Source: Rubrivivax sp. | GTDB taxonomy: Bacteria; Pseudomonadota; Gammaproteobacteria; Burkholderiales; Burkholderiaceae_C | NCBI GenBank assembly: GCA_044372085.1 | Contig: JBILSM010000004.1 | Span: forward strand, 3,833 to 67,832 | Direction: 5' to 3' | DNA: 64,000 bases | Part shown: in pieces, positions 10,237-19,547 of the stretch | How positions within the stretch are numbered: the first letter of the stretch is position 1 | How the letters are laid out: each line of letters begins with the position of its first letter | Program-made: the position numbers and the translations under genes | The notes under the pieces: model-generated | What the model saw: only the letters and a program-made list of their open reading frames with translations | Databases searched by the model: none | Told to the model about the DNA's origin: nothing

Positions 10237-11736
10237 TCAGGCGGCGGTGTCCAAGGCGGGCTGAGACGCTGGCTGGGCGTCCTGCAGGAAGCGCAGCACC
10301 AGGTTGCGGGCGACCAGCGAGCGGTAGGCCCAGGTGGCGCGCAGACCATCGCGCGCCACGAAGCTCTCGGCGATGGCCGCATCCAGCGCCGCGGCGCTCA
10401 CGGCCTGCGGCGCCTGACCTTCCAGCAGGGCCTCCAGCTTCGGCGCCCGGCACGGCGATGGCGCCAGGCCGTTGTAGGCCAGGCGCACACCCTTCAGGCG
10501 TCCGCCCACCAGCTCATAGCGCAGCGCGCAGCAGGTGGCCGAGATGTCCTGCTCGAAGCGCTTGCTGATCTTGTGGGCGCGGAAAACCTGACCTGGCCGC
10601 GGCTTGGGCAACACCACGGCCTCGATCAACTCGCCCGGCTGCAGCACGTTCTTCTTCTGGCCGGTGTAGAACTGGTCCAGCAGCACCTCGCGCTGGCGGT
10701 CCCCGCGGCGCAGGACCAGTGTGGCGCCCAGCGCCATGAGGCAGGGCATGGAGTCGCCGATGGGCGAGCCGTTGGCGATGTTGCCCGCGAGCGTGGCCGT
10801 GGAGCGGATGGGTGGCGAGCCGAAGCGGCGCAGCACCTCGGCGAAGTCCGGGTACGCGTGGGCCACCAGCGACTCCACCGCGCTCAGCGGCACCTGCGCG
10901 CCAATGCGCCAGGCCGCAGGGGTGTCTTCCACGCGCTTGAGTTCGGCCACGTTGCCCAGGTAGACGATGTGCGACGGACGGGCGAACTGCTTGTTGACCT
11001 GCAAGCCGATCTCGGTGCTGCCGGCCAGCAGCGTGGCCTGTGGGTGGCGCGTCAGGTAGGCCGTCACCTCGGCCAGGGTGGAGGGCGAGACGAATTCGCT
11101 GCCCTTTCGGGTGCGCACCACCGGCTGTACGACGATCTCGCCGTCCAGCGAATAGGTCGGCTCCTGGGCGCGCCGGATCTCCTGCAGCAGCGGCACATCG
11201 GCGGCGTCGTCGATCTTGAGGGCTTGCGGGCCGGCCTGGCAGGCCTTCATCGTGGCGTCCACGATGGGCTTGTAGCCCGTGCAGCGGCACAGGTTGCCGC
11301 TGAGCGCGTCGTTGACCTGCTGCCGGCTCGGGCATGGGGTGTGCTGGACCATACCGGCCAGGCTCATCACGATGCCGGGGGTGCAGAAGCCGCACTGCGA
11401 GCCGTGGCACTCCACCATGGCCTGCTGCACCGGATGCAAGGCGCCGTCGCTCCTGCGCAGGCTCTCCACCGTCTTGACCGATTTGCCGTCCAGCGTGGGC
11501 AGCAACTGGATGCAGCTGTTGACGGGAATGTAGTCCACGCCCGTACCCGCAGCGTTCAGTTCGCCCACCAGCACCACGCAGGCGCCGCAATCGCCTTCAG
11601 CACAGCCTTCCTTGGTGCCCGTGCGATGCAGTTGCTCGCGCAGGTAATCCAGCACCGTGGTGGTGCGGCGTTTGCCCTGGGCTTCCACGATCTCGCCGTC
11701 CAGCACGAAACGGACGGAATTGGTCACTTCACTCAT
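10237..11736 (-). CDS. xdhA: Xanthine dehydrogenase small subunit (2x[2Fe-2S], FAD)
   Basis: GTKEGCAEGDCGAC, GSQCGFCTPG, GNLCRCTGY, GNIANGSPIGD, KISKRFEQDIS; start MSEVTN at 11736. Confidence 0.96.
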   Translation of the reverse strand: MSEVTNSVRFVLDGEIVEAQGKRRTTTVLDYLREQLHRTGTKEGCAEGDCGACVVLVGELNAAGTGVDYIPVNSCIQLLPTLDGKSVKTVESLRRSDGALHPVQQAMVECHGSQCGFCTPGIVMSLAGMVQHTPCPSRQQVNDALSGNLCRCTGYKPIVDATMKACQAGPQALKIDDAADVPLLQEIRRAQEPTYSLDGEIVVQPVVRTRKGSEFVSPSTLAEVTAYLTRHPQATLLAGSTEIGLQVNKQFARPSHIVYLGNVAELKRVEDTPAAWRIGAQVPLSAVESLVAHAYPDFAEVLRRFGSPPIRSTATLAGNIANGSPIGDSMPCLMALGATLVLRRGDRQREVLLDQFYTGQKKNVLQPGELIEAVVLPKPRPGQVFRAHKISKRFEQDISATCCALRYELVGGRLKGVRLAYNGLAPSPCRAPKLEALLEGQAPQAVSAAALDAAIAESFVARDGLRATWAYRSLVARNLVLRFLQDAQPASQPALDTAA

Positions 11737-11796
11737 CGATGACAGTCCTTCGGAACCAGCCCTGTGGCGCCCTTCAGTTGATTCTAGGGGCCGGCT

Positions 11797-11820
11797 TGCC
11801 GCAACCGTGATCCTGCGGCA
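11797..11820 (-). terminator. Hairpin after uraH (possible terminator or processing stem)
   Basis: TGCCGCA-N10-TGCGGCA inverted repeat 10 nt after the uraH stop; no clear U-tract. Confidence 0.35.
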
Positions 11821-11830
11821 GCGTTTCCGA

Positions 11831-12184
11831 TCAGGACCCGCGATAGGTGCTGTACGTCCAGGGCGTGCAGACCAGCGGCACGTGGTAATGCTGGCTGGCG
11901 TGCGCGATGCCGAAGTCCAGCGGCACCTGGTCCAGGAAGGGTGGTTCGGGCAAGTCAACGCCCTGGCGCCGGAAGTAGGCCGCCACCTCGAACACCAGGC
12001 GGTAGGTGCCGGCGCACAGGTCGTCATTCGAGATGAGCGGGCCGTCCGGGTTGCGGCCATCGGCATTGAGCTCCACGCGGCGGATCAGCGTCGGCGCACC
12101 GGCACCGGTGGCGTACAGACTGACCGCCATACCGGCGGCCGGCCGGCCGTGGTAGGTGTCCAGAACGTGCGTGCTCAGTCCCAT
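11831..12184 (-). CDS. uraH: 5-hydroxyisourate hydrolase (transthyretin-like)
   Basis: MGLSTHVLD...GRPA, NADGR, HYHVPL, C-terminal YSTYRGS. Confidence 0.96.
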   Translation of the reverse strand: MGLSTHVLDTYHGRPAAGMAVSLYATGAGAPTLIRRVELNADGRNPDGPLISNDDLCAGTYRLVFEVAAYFRRQGVDLPEPPFLDQVPLDFGIAHASQHYHVPLVCTPWTYSTYRGS

Positions 12185-12230
12185 GGGGTGTCCTTCTGCG
12201 CGGGTCTTGCCGGCCAATTGAATCCGTTGC

Positions 12231-13448
12231 TCAGTTGACCGGAGCCCCGGCCTCCCACCAGCGGCGCACCAGGTCCCGCTCGGCTTCGGTGATCTGGGTG
12301 GCATTGTTCATGGGCATGAGCTTGAGCACCGACACCTGCTGGTAGACGGACAAGGCATGCTGCTTGAGCAGTTCCGGCGTGTGCAGGGCCACGTTCTTCT
12401 GCTGCATCTGGGCGTTGTGACACACCAGGCAGCGCTGCTCCACCACCAAGCGCATGTCGGCGGCCGTGACGGGCGCGGCCACAGCAGCGGCCGGTGCGGG
12501 CGACACCGGTGCCGGCTTCATGCCCAGCACGAGCCCCAGGGTCAGCACGACACCGGCGCCTGCGTACTCCCAGGGCACCCGGCGGCCCTCGATGAGCGCG
12601 CGGTGGCGCGCCACGAAACTGTGGCGGATCAGGGCGCCGGCCAGCATCAGCACGAACAGCACCACCCAGTTCCAGCGCCCCTGGTAGAGCCAACCGTAGT
12701 GGTTGGACAACATCGCAATCAGCACCGGCAGCGTGAAGTACGTGTTGTGCACGCTGCGCTGCTTGCCGCGCTTGCCGTGGAGGGCCAGTTCCTTCGGGTC
12801 GGCCTTCTGCTGGCCGGTCATGGCCGCCACCACCTTGCGCTGGCCGGGGATGATCCAGAAGAAGACGTTGGCACTCATCGCCGTGGCAATCATGGCGCCC
12901 ACCAGCAAGAAGGCCGCACGCCCCGGGAACAACTGGCAGGCAGCCCATGAGGCGAGTGCGACCACCCCCAGCATCACCACTCCCACCACGGCCTCGCCGT
13001 GCTTGCGGAAACCCAGGGCTCGGCACACCAGGTCGTACACCAGCCAGAAGCCCACCAGAAAACCCACCGCCGCGAAGCCGGCGGCCACGGGCGACCAGTC
13101 CATCAGCGACTTGTCCACCAGCCAGGTGCTCGCGTTCCACAGGTACAGCACCGTGAACAGCGCAAAGCCGCTGAGCCAGGTGGAATACGCCTCCCAGTAG
13201 AACCAGTGCAGCTTGGTGTGGATTTTGCGTGGAGCCACCATGTACTTCTGCGGGTTGTAGAAACCCCCGCCGTGCACCGCCCACATGGCCCCATCGACGC
13301 CCTTTTCCAGCAGGTCCGGGCTGGTCGGGCGGATGAGGTTGTTGTCCAGGAACACGAAATAGAAGGATGAGCCGATCCAGGCGATGGCCGTGATCACGTG
13401 CAGCCAGCGCAGCAGCAGATTGCCCCAATCGAGCAGATAGGCTTCCAT
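12231..13448 (-). CDS. puuD: Urate hydroxylase PuuD (membrane domain + C-terminal cytochrome c)
   Basis: LRWLHVITAIAWIGSSFYF, WAVHGGGFY, LHWFYWEAYSTWLSG, RSVHNTY, SNHY, CLVCH heme motif. Confidence 0.94.
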   Translation of the reverse strand: MEAYLLDWGNLLLRWLHVITAIAWIGSSFYFVFLDNNLIRPTSPDLLEKGVDGAMWAVHGGGFYNPQKYMVAPRKIHTKLHWFYWEAYSTWLSGFALFTVLYLWNASTWLVDKSLMDWSPVAAGFAAVGFLVGFWLVYDLVCRALGFRKHGEAVVGVVMLGVVALASWAACQLFPGRAAFLLVGAMIATAMSANVFFWIIPGQRKVVAAMTGQQKADPKELALHGKRGKQRSVHNTYFTLPVLIAMLSNHYGWLYQGRWNWVVLFVLMLAGALIRHSFVARHRALIEGRRVPWEYAGAGVVLTLGLVLGMKPAPVSPAPAAAVAAPVTAADMRLVVEQRCLVCHNAQMQQKNVALHTPELLKQHALSVYQQVSVLKLMPMNNATQITEAERDLVRRWWEAGAPVN

Positions 13449-13489
13449 CGGTCAGGTTTCCTGCAGGGTCACATCCTGCAACCTATTCA

Positions 13490-13536
13490 TTGTATACAGC
13501 GATAGCACACAAGATGTTGCCAACAGGTGTATACAA
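13490..13536. promoter_or_regulatory. Two TGTATACA palindromes, probable GntR operators in the puuD/gntR divergent promoter
   Basis: TTGTATACAG at 13490-13499 and GTGTATACAA at 13527-13536; AT-rich palindromes in a very GC-rich background, next to the GntR gene. Confidence 0.7.
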
Positions 13537-13561
13537 TCGCCATCGCACCACGGCATCCCTC

Positions 13562-14308
13562 ATGGCCAACACCGCAGCATCACGCTTGAAGGCACGCCCG
13601 GCCATCCCCCGGCCACGCCGCGCTGCGGCCCCGGGTCGGGCCACGCAGCAGATCGTGGATGCCGTGACCGCTGCCGTGATCGAGCGCCGGTTGATGCCCG
13701 GCACGCGTCTGGCCGAGCAGTCCATCGCCGAGATCTTCGGCGTATCACGCACCATCGTCCGCCAAGCCCTGAACCAGCTCTCGCGCGACCGCCTGGTCAC
13801 TCTGGAGCCGGCACGCGGCGCCTCCGTGGCCACGCCCAGCGCCGAGGAAGCACGCCAGGTCTTCGAGACGCGTGCCATGCTGGAAAGCGAACTCGCCCGG
13901 CGGCTGAGCCAGACGATCACCCCCGCGCAGATCGCCACCCTGCGGCAGCACCTGCAGGAAGAACGTGCCGCCATCGCGCGAACCGATGTGCCGGGCCGCA
14001 CCCGACTGCTGGCTGACTTTCACGTCGTGCTGGCACGCCTGCTGGGCAACGAGGTGCTGGCGCAGTTGCTGAGCGATCTGCTCAGCCGGTCTTCGCTGAT
14101 CTCCCTGATGTACCAGAGCTCGATGTCGGCGGAGCAATCCCAGGCCGAGCATGTGGCCATCGTGGATGCGCTGGAGCGACGAGACTGCGAAGCCGCCGGC
14201 AGGTTGATGGGCCATCACATTGCCAGTGTCGAGCGCAACTTGCAGCCGATGACAGCACCGTCAGACCTGGCCAGCGTGCTGCGCCCTGAGTTGCATCTGC
14301 CCTCCTGA
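13562..14308 (+). CDS. GntR (FadR/FCD) family transcriptional regulator of purine catabolism
   Basis: PGTRLAEQSIAEIFGVSRTIVRQAL wHTH; FCD domain (FH...GNEVL...EH.AIVDAL). Confidence 0.92.
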   Translation: MANTAASRLKARPAIPRPRRAAAPGRATQQIVDAVTAAVIERRLMPGTRLAEQSIAEIFGVSRTIVRQALNQLSRDRLVTLEPARGASVATPSAEEARQVFETRAMLESELARRLSQTITPAQIATLRQHLQEERAAIARTDVPGRTRLLADFHVVLARLLGNEVLAQLLSDLLSRSSLISLMYQSSMSAEQSQAEHVAIVDALERRDCEAAGRLMGHHIASVERNLQPMTAPSDLASVLRPELHLPS

Positions 14309-14366
14309 ACCACGGCCCCAAGCCACCGCACCCACGGTCTCCCCCCACTGCATCCCGCGCCCTCCC

Positions 14367-15362
14367 ATGACCAGACCCACCGGCCCCACGGCAGCCCCCT
14401 ACCCCCGCGACCTGCGCGGTTACGGCCGACAGCCCCCCCACGCACGCTGGCCGGGCAACGCCCGGGTGGCCGTGCAGTTCGTGCTGAACTACGAGGAAGG
14501 CGGCGAGAACTCGGTGCTGCATGGCGACGCCGGCAGCGAGCAATTTCTCTCCGAGATGTTCAACCCCCCGGCCTTCCCGGCACGCCATCTCAGCATGGAA
14601 GGCGTGTACGAGTACGGCAGCCGGGTGGGCGTGTGGCGCATCCTGCGGGAGTTCGAAAAGCGCGGCTGGCCGCTGACGGTGTTTGGCATCTCCATGGCGC
14701 TGGAGCGCTGCCCCGAAGTCACCGCCGCCTTCGTGGAACTGGGCCACGAGATCGCCTGCCATGGCTGGCGCTGGATCCACTATCAGGGCGTGGACGAAGC
14801 CACCGAGCGCAAACACATGCTGCGCGGCATGGAGATCATCGCGCGCCTGACCGGTGACGGCGCGAATGGCAGCCGTCGCGTGCTGCACGGCGCCGGCTGG
14901 TACACGGGCCGCGACAGCCCCAACACCCGGCGCCTGGTGGCCGACTTCGGCGGCTTCACCTACGACAGCGACTACTACGGCGACGACCTGCCCTTCTGGC
15001 TGCAGGTACGCAAGACCGACGGCACGCTGGCGCCCCACCTCGTGGTGCCCTACACCCTGGACTGCAACGACATGCGCTTTGCCCTGCCGCAGGGCTACAG
15101 CCACGGTGACGAATTCTTCGAATATCTGCGCGATGCCTTCGACGTGCACTACGCCGACGGTGCCGAGCACCCCAGCATGATGAGCATCGGCATGCACTGC
15201 CGCCTGCTGGGCCGCCCCGGGCGCCTGCGCGCGCTGCAGCGCTTCATGGACCACATCGAGAAGCACGACCGGGTGTGGGTGACCCGCCGCGTGGACATCG
15301 CCCAGCACTGGCGTACCACGCACCCCTTCGACGCCGCCACCGCCTTCACCTGGGAGAAGTGA
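14367..15362 (+). CDS. puuE: Allantoinase PuuE (polysaccharide deacetylase fold)
   Basis: YPRDLRGYG, NYEEGGEN, EYGSRVG, HGWRW, GWYTGR, PYTLDCND, SIGMHCR. Confidence 0.96.
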   Translation: MTRPTGPTAAPYPRDLRGYGRQPPHARWPGNARVAVQFVLNYEEGGENSVLHGDAGSEQFLSEMFNPPAFPARHLSMEGVYEYGSRVGVWRILREFEKRGWPLTVFGISMALERCPEVTAAFVELGHEIACHGWRWIHYQGVDEATERKHMLRGMEIIARLTGDGANGSRRVLHGAGWYTGRDSPNTRRLVADFGGFTYDSDYYGDDLPFWLQVRKTDGTLAPHLVVPYTLDCNDMRFALPQGYSHGDEFFEYLRDAFDVHYADGAEHPSMMSIGMHCRLLGRPGRLRALQRFMDHIEKHDRVWVTRRVDIAQHWRTTHPFDAATAFTWEK

Positions 15363-15364
15363 CC

Positions 15365-17149
15365 ATGCCCGCGTTGGATCTCCAGGCTCTCAACGGTGCG
15401 ACGCAGGCCGGCTTCACAGCGCTGCTCGAGGGCATCTACGAGCACTCACCGTGGATTGCCGAGCGGGCCTGGTCTCACAGGCCGTTCCCCGCGCTGACCT
15501 CGCTCAAGCAGGCCTTGGCCGACACCGTGCGAGGCGCCACGCAAGCCGAGCAGCTGGGCCTGATCCGCGCCCACCCGGAGCTGGCGGGCAAGGCCATGGT
15601 GAGCAAGACGCTGACGGCCGAGTCCACGAACGAACAGGGCAAGGCCGGCCTGACCGACTGCACGCCCGAGGAGTTCGCGCGCATCCAGCAGCTCAATGCC
15701 GACTACAACGCGAAGTTCGGTTTTCCCTTCATCCTGGCGGTGCGGGGGCCGCGGGGCGAGGGGCTGACGCGCCACCAGATCATCGACACCTTTGCCCGGC
15801 GCCTGGCCCACCACCCGGACTTCGAGCGCGCCGAAGCCTTGCGCAACATCCACCGCATCGCGGAGATTCGCCTGAACGACAAGTTCGGTGTCACCCCCGC
15901 ACTCGGCAACCTGGTGTGGGATTGGGCCGAGCAGCTGGCCGTGCACAGCGATCCAGGCTTCAAGGAAAAGGGACAGCTCACCGTCACCTATTTGACGGAC
16001 GCCCACCGCGCCTGCGCGGCCCAGTTGCAGGCCTGGATGCGCGAATGCGGCTTCGATGAAGTGGGCCTGGACGCCGTGGGCAACGTGGTGGGGGTCTACC
16101 ACGGCGACAGCCGCGCCGCGCCGCGCCTGCTCACCGGCAGCCACTACGACACCGTGCGCAATGGCGGCAAGTACGACGGGCGCCTGGGCATTCTGGTGCC
16201 CATGGCTTGCGTGCGTGAACTGCACCGCGCCGGGCGGCGCCTGCCCTTCGGCATCGAGGTGGTGGGCTTCGCGGAAGAAGAAGGCCAGCGCTACAAGGCC
16301 ACCTTCCTGGGCTCGGGCGCGCTGATAGGCGACTTCGATCCGGCCTGGCTGGACCAGCGCGACGTCGACGGCGTGCGCATGGCCGACGCCATGCGCCTTG
16401 CCGGCCTGCCGGCCACGATGTCGGCGATCGGCACGCTCCGGCGCGACGCCACGCGCTACCTCGGCTTCGTCGAGGTCCACATCGAGCAGGGGCCGGTCCT
16501 CAACGAGCTGGACCTGCCGCTGGGCGTGGTCACTTCCATCAACGGCAGCGTGCGCCATCTGGTGGAGATCCAGGGCATGGCCAGCCACGCCGGCACCACG
16601 CCCATGGACCGCCGGCGCGACGCCGCAGCCGCCGCGGCCGAGCTGCTGCTGTTTGTGGAAAAGCGCGCCAGCGCCGTGCCCGACGTGGTGGGCACGGTGG
16701 GCCAGCTGGAGGTGCCTGCCGGCTCCATCAACGTGGTGCCGGGCCGCTGCCGCTTCAGCCTGGACTTGCGCGCCACCACCGACGCCGCGCGGGACGCGCT
16801 GGAAGCCGACGTGCTGGCGGCCTTGGCCGAGATCTGCCAGCGCCGAGGCCTGTCGTACACGGCTGAGCGCACCGTCAAGGTGGCCGCCGCCCCCAGCCAC
16901 CCGGCCTGGCAGGCGCACTGGGAAGCGGCCGTGCAGGCCCTGGGATTGCCGGTCTTCCGCATGCCCAGCGGTGCGGGCCACGACGCGATGAAGCTGCACG
17001 AAGTGATGCCCCAGGCCATGCTCTTCATGCGCGGCCTGAACGCCGGCATCAGCCACAACCCGCTGGAATCCATCACCAACGACGACACCGAACTCGTCGT
17101 GCGCGCCTTCCAGCACGTGCTCGACACGCTGGCCGCCCAGAAAGCCTGA
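15365..17149 (+). CDS. uraD: OHCU decarboxylase (UraD) fused to an M20 allantoate amidohydrolase-like domain
   Basis: N-terminal IYEHSPWIA, IRAHPELAG, NEQGKAG, FGFPFILAV, IAEIRL; C-terminal GSHYDTV.NGG.YDG, AEEEG, EVHIEQGP, HAGTTPM, SGAGHDA, SHNPLE. Confidence 0.93.
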   Translation: MPALDLQALNGATQAGFTALLEGIYEHSPWIAERAWSHRPFPALTSLKQALADTVRGATQAEQLGLIRAHPELAGKAMVSKTLTAESTNEQGKAGLTDCTPEEFARIQQLNADYNAKFGFPFILAVRGPRGEGLTRHQIIDTFARRLAHHPDFERAEALRNIHRIAEIRLNDKFGVTPALGNLVWDWAEQLAVHSDPGFKEKGQLTVTYLTDAHRACAAQLQAWMRECGFDEVGLDAVGNVVGVYHGDSRAAPRLLTGSHYDTVRNGGKYDGRLGILVPMACVRELHRAGRRLPFGIEVVGFAEEEGQRYKATFLGSGALIGDFDPAWLDQRDVDGVRMADAMRLAGLPATMSAIGTLRRDATRYLGFVEVHIEQGPVLNELDLPLGVVTSINGSVRHLVEIQGMASHAGTTPMDRRRDAAAAAAELLLFVEKRASAVPDVVGTVGQLEVPAGSINVVPGRCRFSLDLRATTDAARDALEADVLAALAEICQRRGLSYTAERTVKVAAAPSHPAWQAHWEAAVQALGLPVFRMPSGAGHDAMKLHEVMPQAMLFMRGLNAGISHNPLESITNDDTELVVRAFQHVLDTLAAQKA

Positions 17150-17151
17150 AC

Positions 17152-18396
17152 ATGACCACGCCCTACGACACCCTCGACGCCTGGATCGACGCCCACTTCG
17201 ACGAGGAGGTGCGCTTCCTGCAGGAACTGGTGCGCGTGCCCACCGACACGCCACCCGGCCACAACGCCCCGCACGCCGCGCGCACCACGGAGCTGCTGTC
17301 CGCCATGGGCCTCACGGCCGAGGCACACACCGTTCCCGAGGCGGACGTCAAGGCCTACGGGCTGCAAAGCATCACCAATCTCATCGTGCGCCGGCCCTAC
17401 GGCGCGCCCGGCTCGGGCCCGGTGATCGCCCTGAACGCCCACGGCGATGTGGTGCCCCCTGGCGACGGCTGGACGCACAGCCCCTACGGCGGCGAGATCG
17501 AGGGCGGCAAGCTCTACGGGCGCGCCGCCGCGGTAAGCAAGAGCGACTTCGCCAGTTTCACCTTCGCCGTGCGGGCGCTGGAAGCGCTTCGCGCCGGCGG
17601 CACGGCCCTCAAGGGCGGTGTCGAACTGCACTTCACCTACGACGAGGAATTCGGCGGCGAACTGGGCCCGGGCTGGCTGCTGGCCAAGGGCCTGACGAAG
17701 CCAGACCTGCTGATCGCCGCCGGCTTCAGCTACCAGGTGGTGACGGCCCACAACGGCTGCCTGCAGATGGAGGTCACGTTGCACGGCACCGCCTCGCACG
17801 CCGCCTATCCGCACACGGGCGTGGACGCGCTGCAGGCCGCCAACAAGCTGCTCACGGCCCTGTACGCCCACAACGAGGTGCTGCGCCAGCGGCGCTCGCA
17901 GGTCACGGGCATCACCCACCCGTACCTGAACGTGGGCCGCATCGAGGGCGGCAGCAACACCAACGTCGTGCCCGGCAAGGTGGTGATCAAGCTCGACCGC
18001 CGCATGATCCCGGAGGAGAACTCGGCTGCGGTGGAGACCGAGGTGCGGCAGTTGATCGAGTCCACCGTGGCCCAGAGCCCAGGCATCCGTCTTGAGATCC
18101 GCCGCCTGGTGTTGGCGAACGCCCTCAAGCCCCTGCCCGGTAACCGCGTGCTGGTGGACGCGCTGCAGCGCCACGGCCAAGCTGTGTTCGGCGAGCCCAT
18201 CCCAGAGAGCGGCACGCCGCTGTACACCGACGTGCGCCTGTACGGCGAGCGCGGTGTGCCTGCCGTCATCTACGGCGCTGGCCCGCGCACCGTGCTGGAG
18301 TCCAACGCCAAGCGTGCTGACGAACAACTCGTGCTGGAAGACCTGCGACGCGCCACGAAGGTAATCGCGCGCACCCTCTTGGACTTGCTGAGCTGA
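17152..18396 (+). CDS. M20/ArgE-DapE family metallohydrolase
   Basis: NAHGDVVP, YGRAAAVSKSD, YDEEFGG, GTASHAA, NVVPG, LYTDVR, YGAGP. Confidence 0.9.
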   Translation: MTTPYDTLDAWIDAHFDEEVRFLQELVRVPTDTPPGHNAPHAARTTELLSAMGLTAEAHTVPEADVKAYGLQSITNLIVRRPYGAPGSGPVIALNAHGDVVPPGDGWTHSPYGGEIEGGKLYGRAAAVSKSDFASFTFAVRALEALRAGGTALKGGVELHFTYDEEFGGELGPGWLLAKGLTKPDLLIAAGFSYQVVTAHNGCLQMEVTLHGTASHAAYPHTGVDALQAANKLLTALYAHNEVLRQRRSQVTGITHPYLNVGRIEGGSNTNVVPGKVVIKLDRRMIPEENSAAVETEVRQLIESTVAQSPGIRLEIRRLVLANALKPLPGNRVLVDALQRHGQAVFGEPIPESGTPLYTDVRLYGERGVPAVIYGAGPRTVLESNAKRADEQLVLEDLRRATKVIARTLLDLLS

Positions 18397-18400
18397 ACCA

Positions 18401-18417
18401 AGCACCGGGATGGTGCA
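18401..18417. promoter_or_regulatory. Probable NtrC-binding site upstream of the ABC transporter
   Basis: AGCACC-GGGAT-GGTGCA matches the TGCACC-N5-GGTGCA consensus at 11 of 12 positions. Confidence 0.6.
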
Positions 18418-18490
18418 AGCCCGGGTGTTCCGGCGCGCACAGTCCTTGCACAATGATCCACCACCCGACAACCCCTTCCGGAGTCTGCCC

Positions 18491-19531
18491 ATGAACCTGA
18501 ACACCGTAACCCGCCGCGGCCTGCTGGCCCTGGCCTGTGCTTCCACCCTGTCGGCCCTGCCCGCACACGCGCAGACGCCGTTGAAGTTCCAACTGGACTG
18601 GCGCTTCGAAGGGCCTGCGGCGCTCTTCCTCGCCAGCGCCGCCAAGGGGCACTACAAGGCCGCCGGCCTGGACGTGACCATCGATTCCGGCAACGGCTCG
18701 GGCGGCACCGTCACCCGGGTGGCCTCAGGCACCTACGACATGGGTTTTGCTGACCTGGCCGCGCTGATGGAATTCCACGCCAACAACCCGGACGCCCCCA
18801 ACAAGCCGGTGGCCGTGATGATGGTCTACAACAACACGCCGGCCGCGGTGCTGAGCCTCAAGAAGAACAACATCAAGACCCCCGCCGACCTGAACGGCAA
18901 GAAGCTGGGTGCGCCCGTGTTTGACGCCGGGCGGCGCGGCTTCCCCATCTTCGCCAAGGCCAACGGCATCGGCACCGTGCAGTGGACCAGCATGGACCCC
19001 CCGCTGCGCGAAACCATGCTGGTACGCGGCGACATCGACGCCATCACGGGCTTCTCCTTCACCTCCTTGCTCAACCTCGAAGCCCGCGGCGTGAAGACCG
19101 AAGACATCGTCGTCATGCCCTACGCCGACCACGGCGTGAGGCTGTACGGCAACGTGATCATCGCCAGCCCCAAGCTGATGAAGGAGAACCCGGCCGCCGT
19201 CAAGGGCTTCCTCAGCGCGTTCGCCAAGGGCGCCAAGGAGGTCATGGCCAACCCCGACGCCTCCATCGACCTGGTCAAGGCACGCGACGGCATCATCAAC
19301 GTCGACCTGGAAAAGCGCCGCCTGCGCATGGCCATCGACGCCGTGGTGGCCAGCCCCGATGCTCGCCGTGAAGGCTTCGGCATGGTCGTGCCGGGGCGCC
19401 TGGCGTTGATGGCCTCACAGGTGTCTGACGCGTTCGGCACCAAGACCCGTGTCAACCCTGACGCCGTCTGGACCGACGCCTTCCTGCCCTCCAAGGCAGA
19501 GCTCAACATCCTGCCGCCGGCCAAGAAGTGA
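18491..19531 (+). CDS. ABC transporter substrate-binding protein, NMT1/THI5 family (likely purine/pyrimidine derivative)
   Basis: TRRGLL signal peptide; FQLDWRFEG, GLDVTI..GNGS, YGNVIIAS. Confidence 0.9.
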   Translation: MNLNTVTRRGLLALACASTLSALPAHAQTPLKFQLDWRFEGPAALFLASAAKGHYKAAGLDVTIDSGNGSGGTVTRVASGTYDMGFADLAALMEFHANNPDAPNKPVAVMMVYNNTPAAVLSLKKNNIKTPADLNGKKLGAPVFDAGRRGFPIFAKANGIGTVQWTSMDPPLRETMLVRGDIDAITGFSFTSLLNLEARGVKTEDIVVMPYADHGVRLYGNVIIASPKLMKENPAAVKGFLSAFAKGAKEVMANPDASIDLVKARDGIINVDLEKRRLRMAIDAVVASPDARREGFGMVVPGRLALMASQVSDAFGTKTRVNPDAVWTDAFLPSKAELNILPPAKK

Positions 19532-19547
19532 AGCCTCGGGCGCTGAC

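Noticed and set aside
18397-18490. Xanthine (NMT1-motif) riboswitch upstream of the NMT1-type binding protein, or upstream of xdhA
   Set aside because: The context fits, but I could not find the conserved core as I recall it (GUAGAAGC...CGGAAAUUGC-like) in either leader; an Infernal search would settle it.
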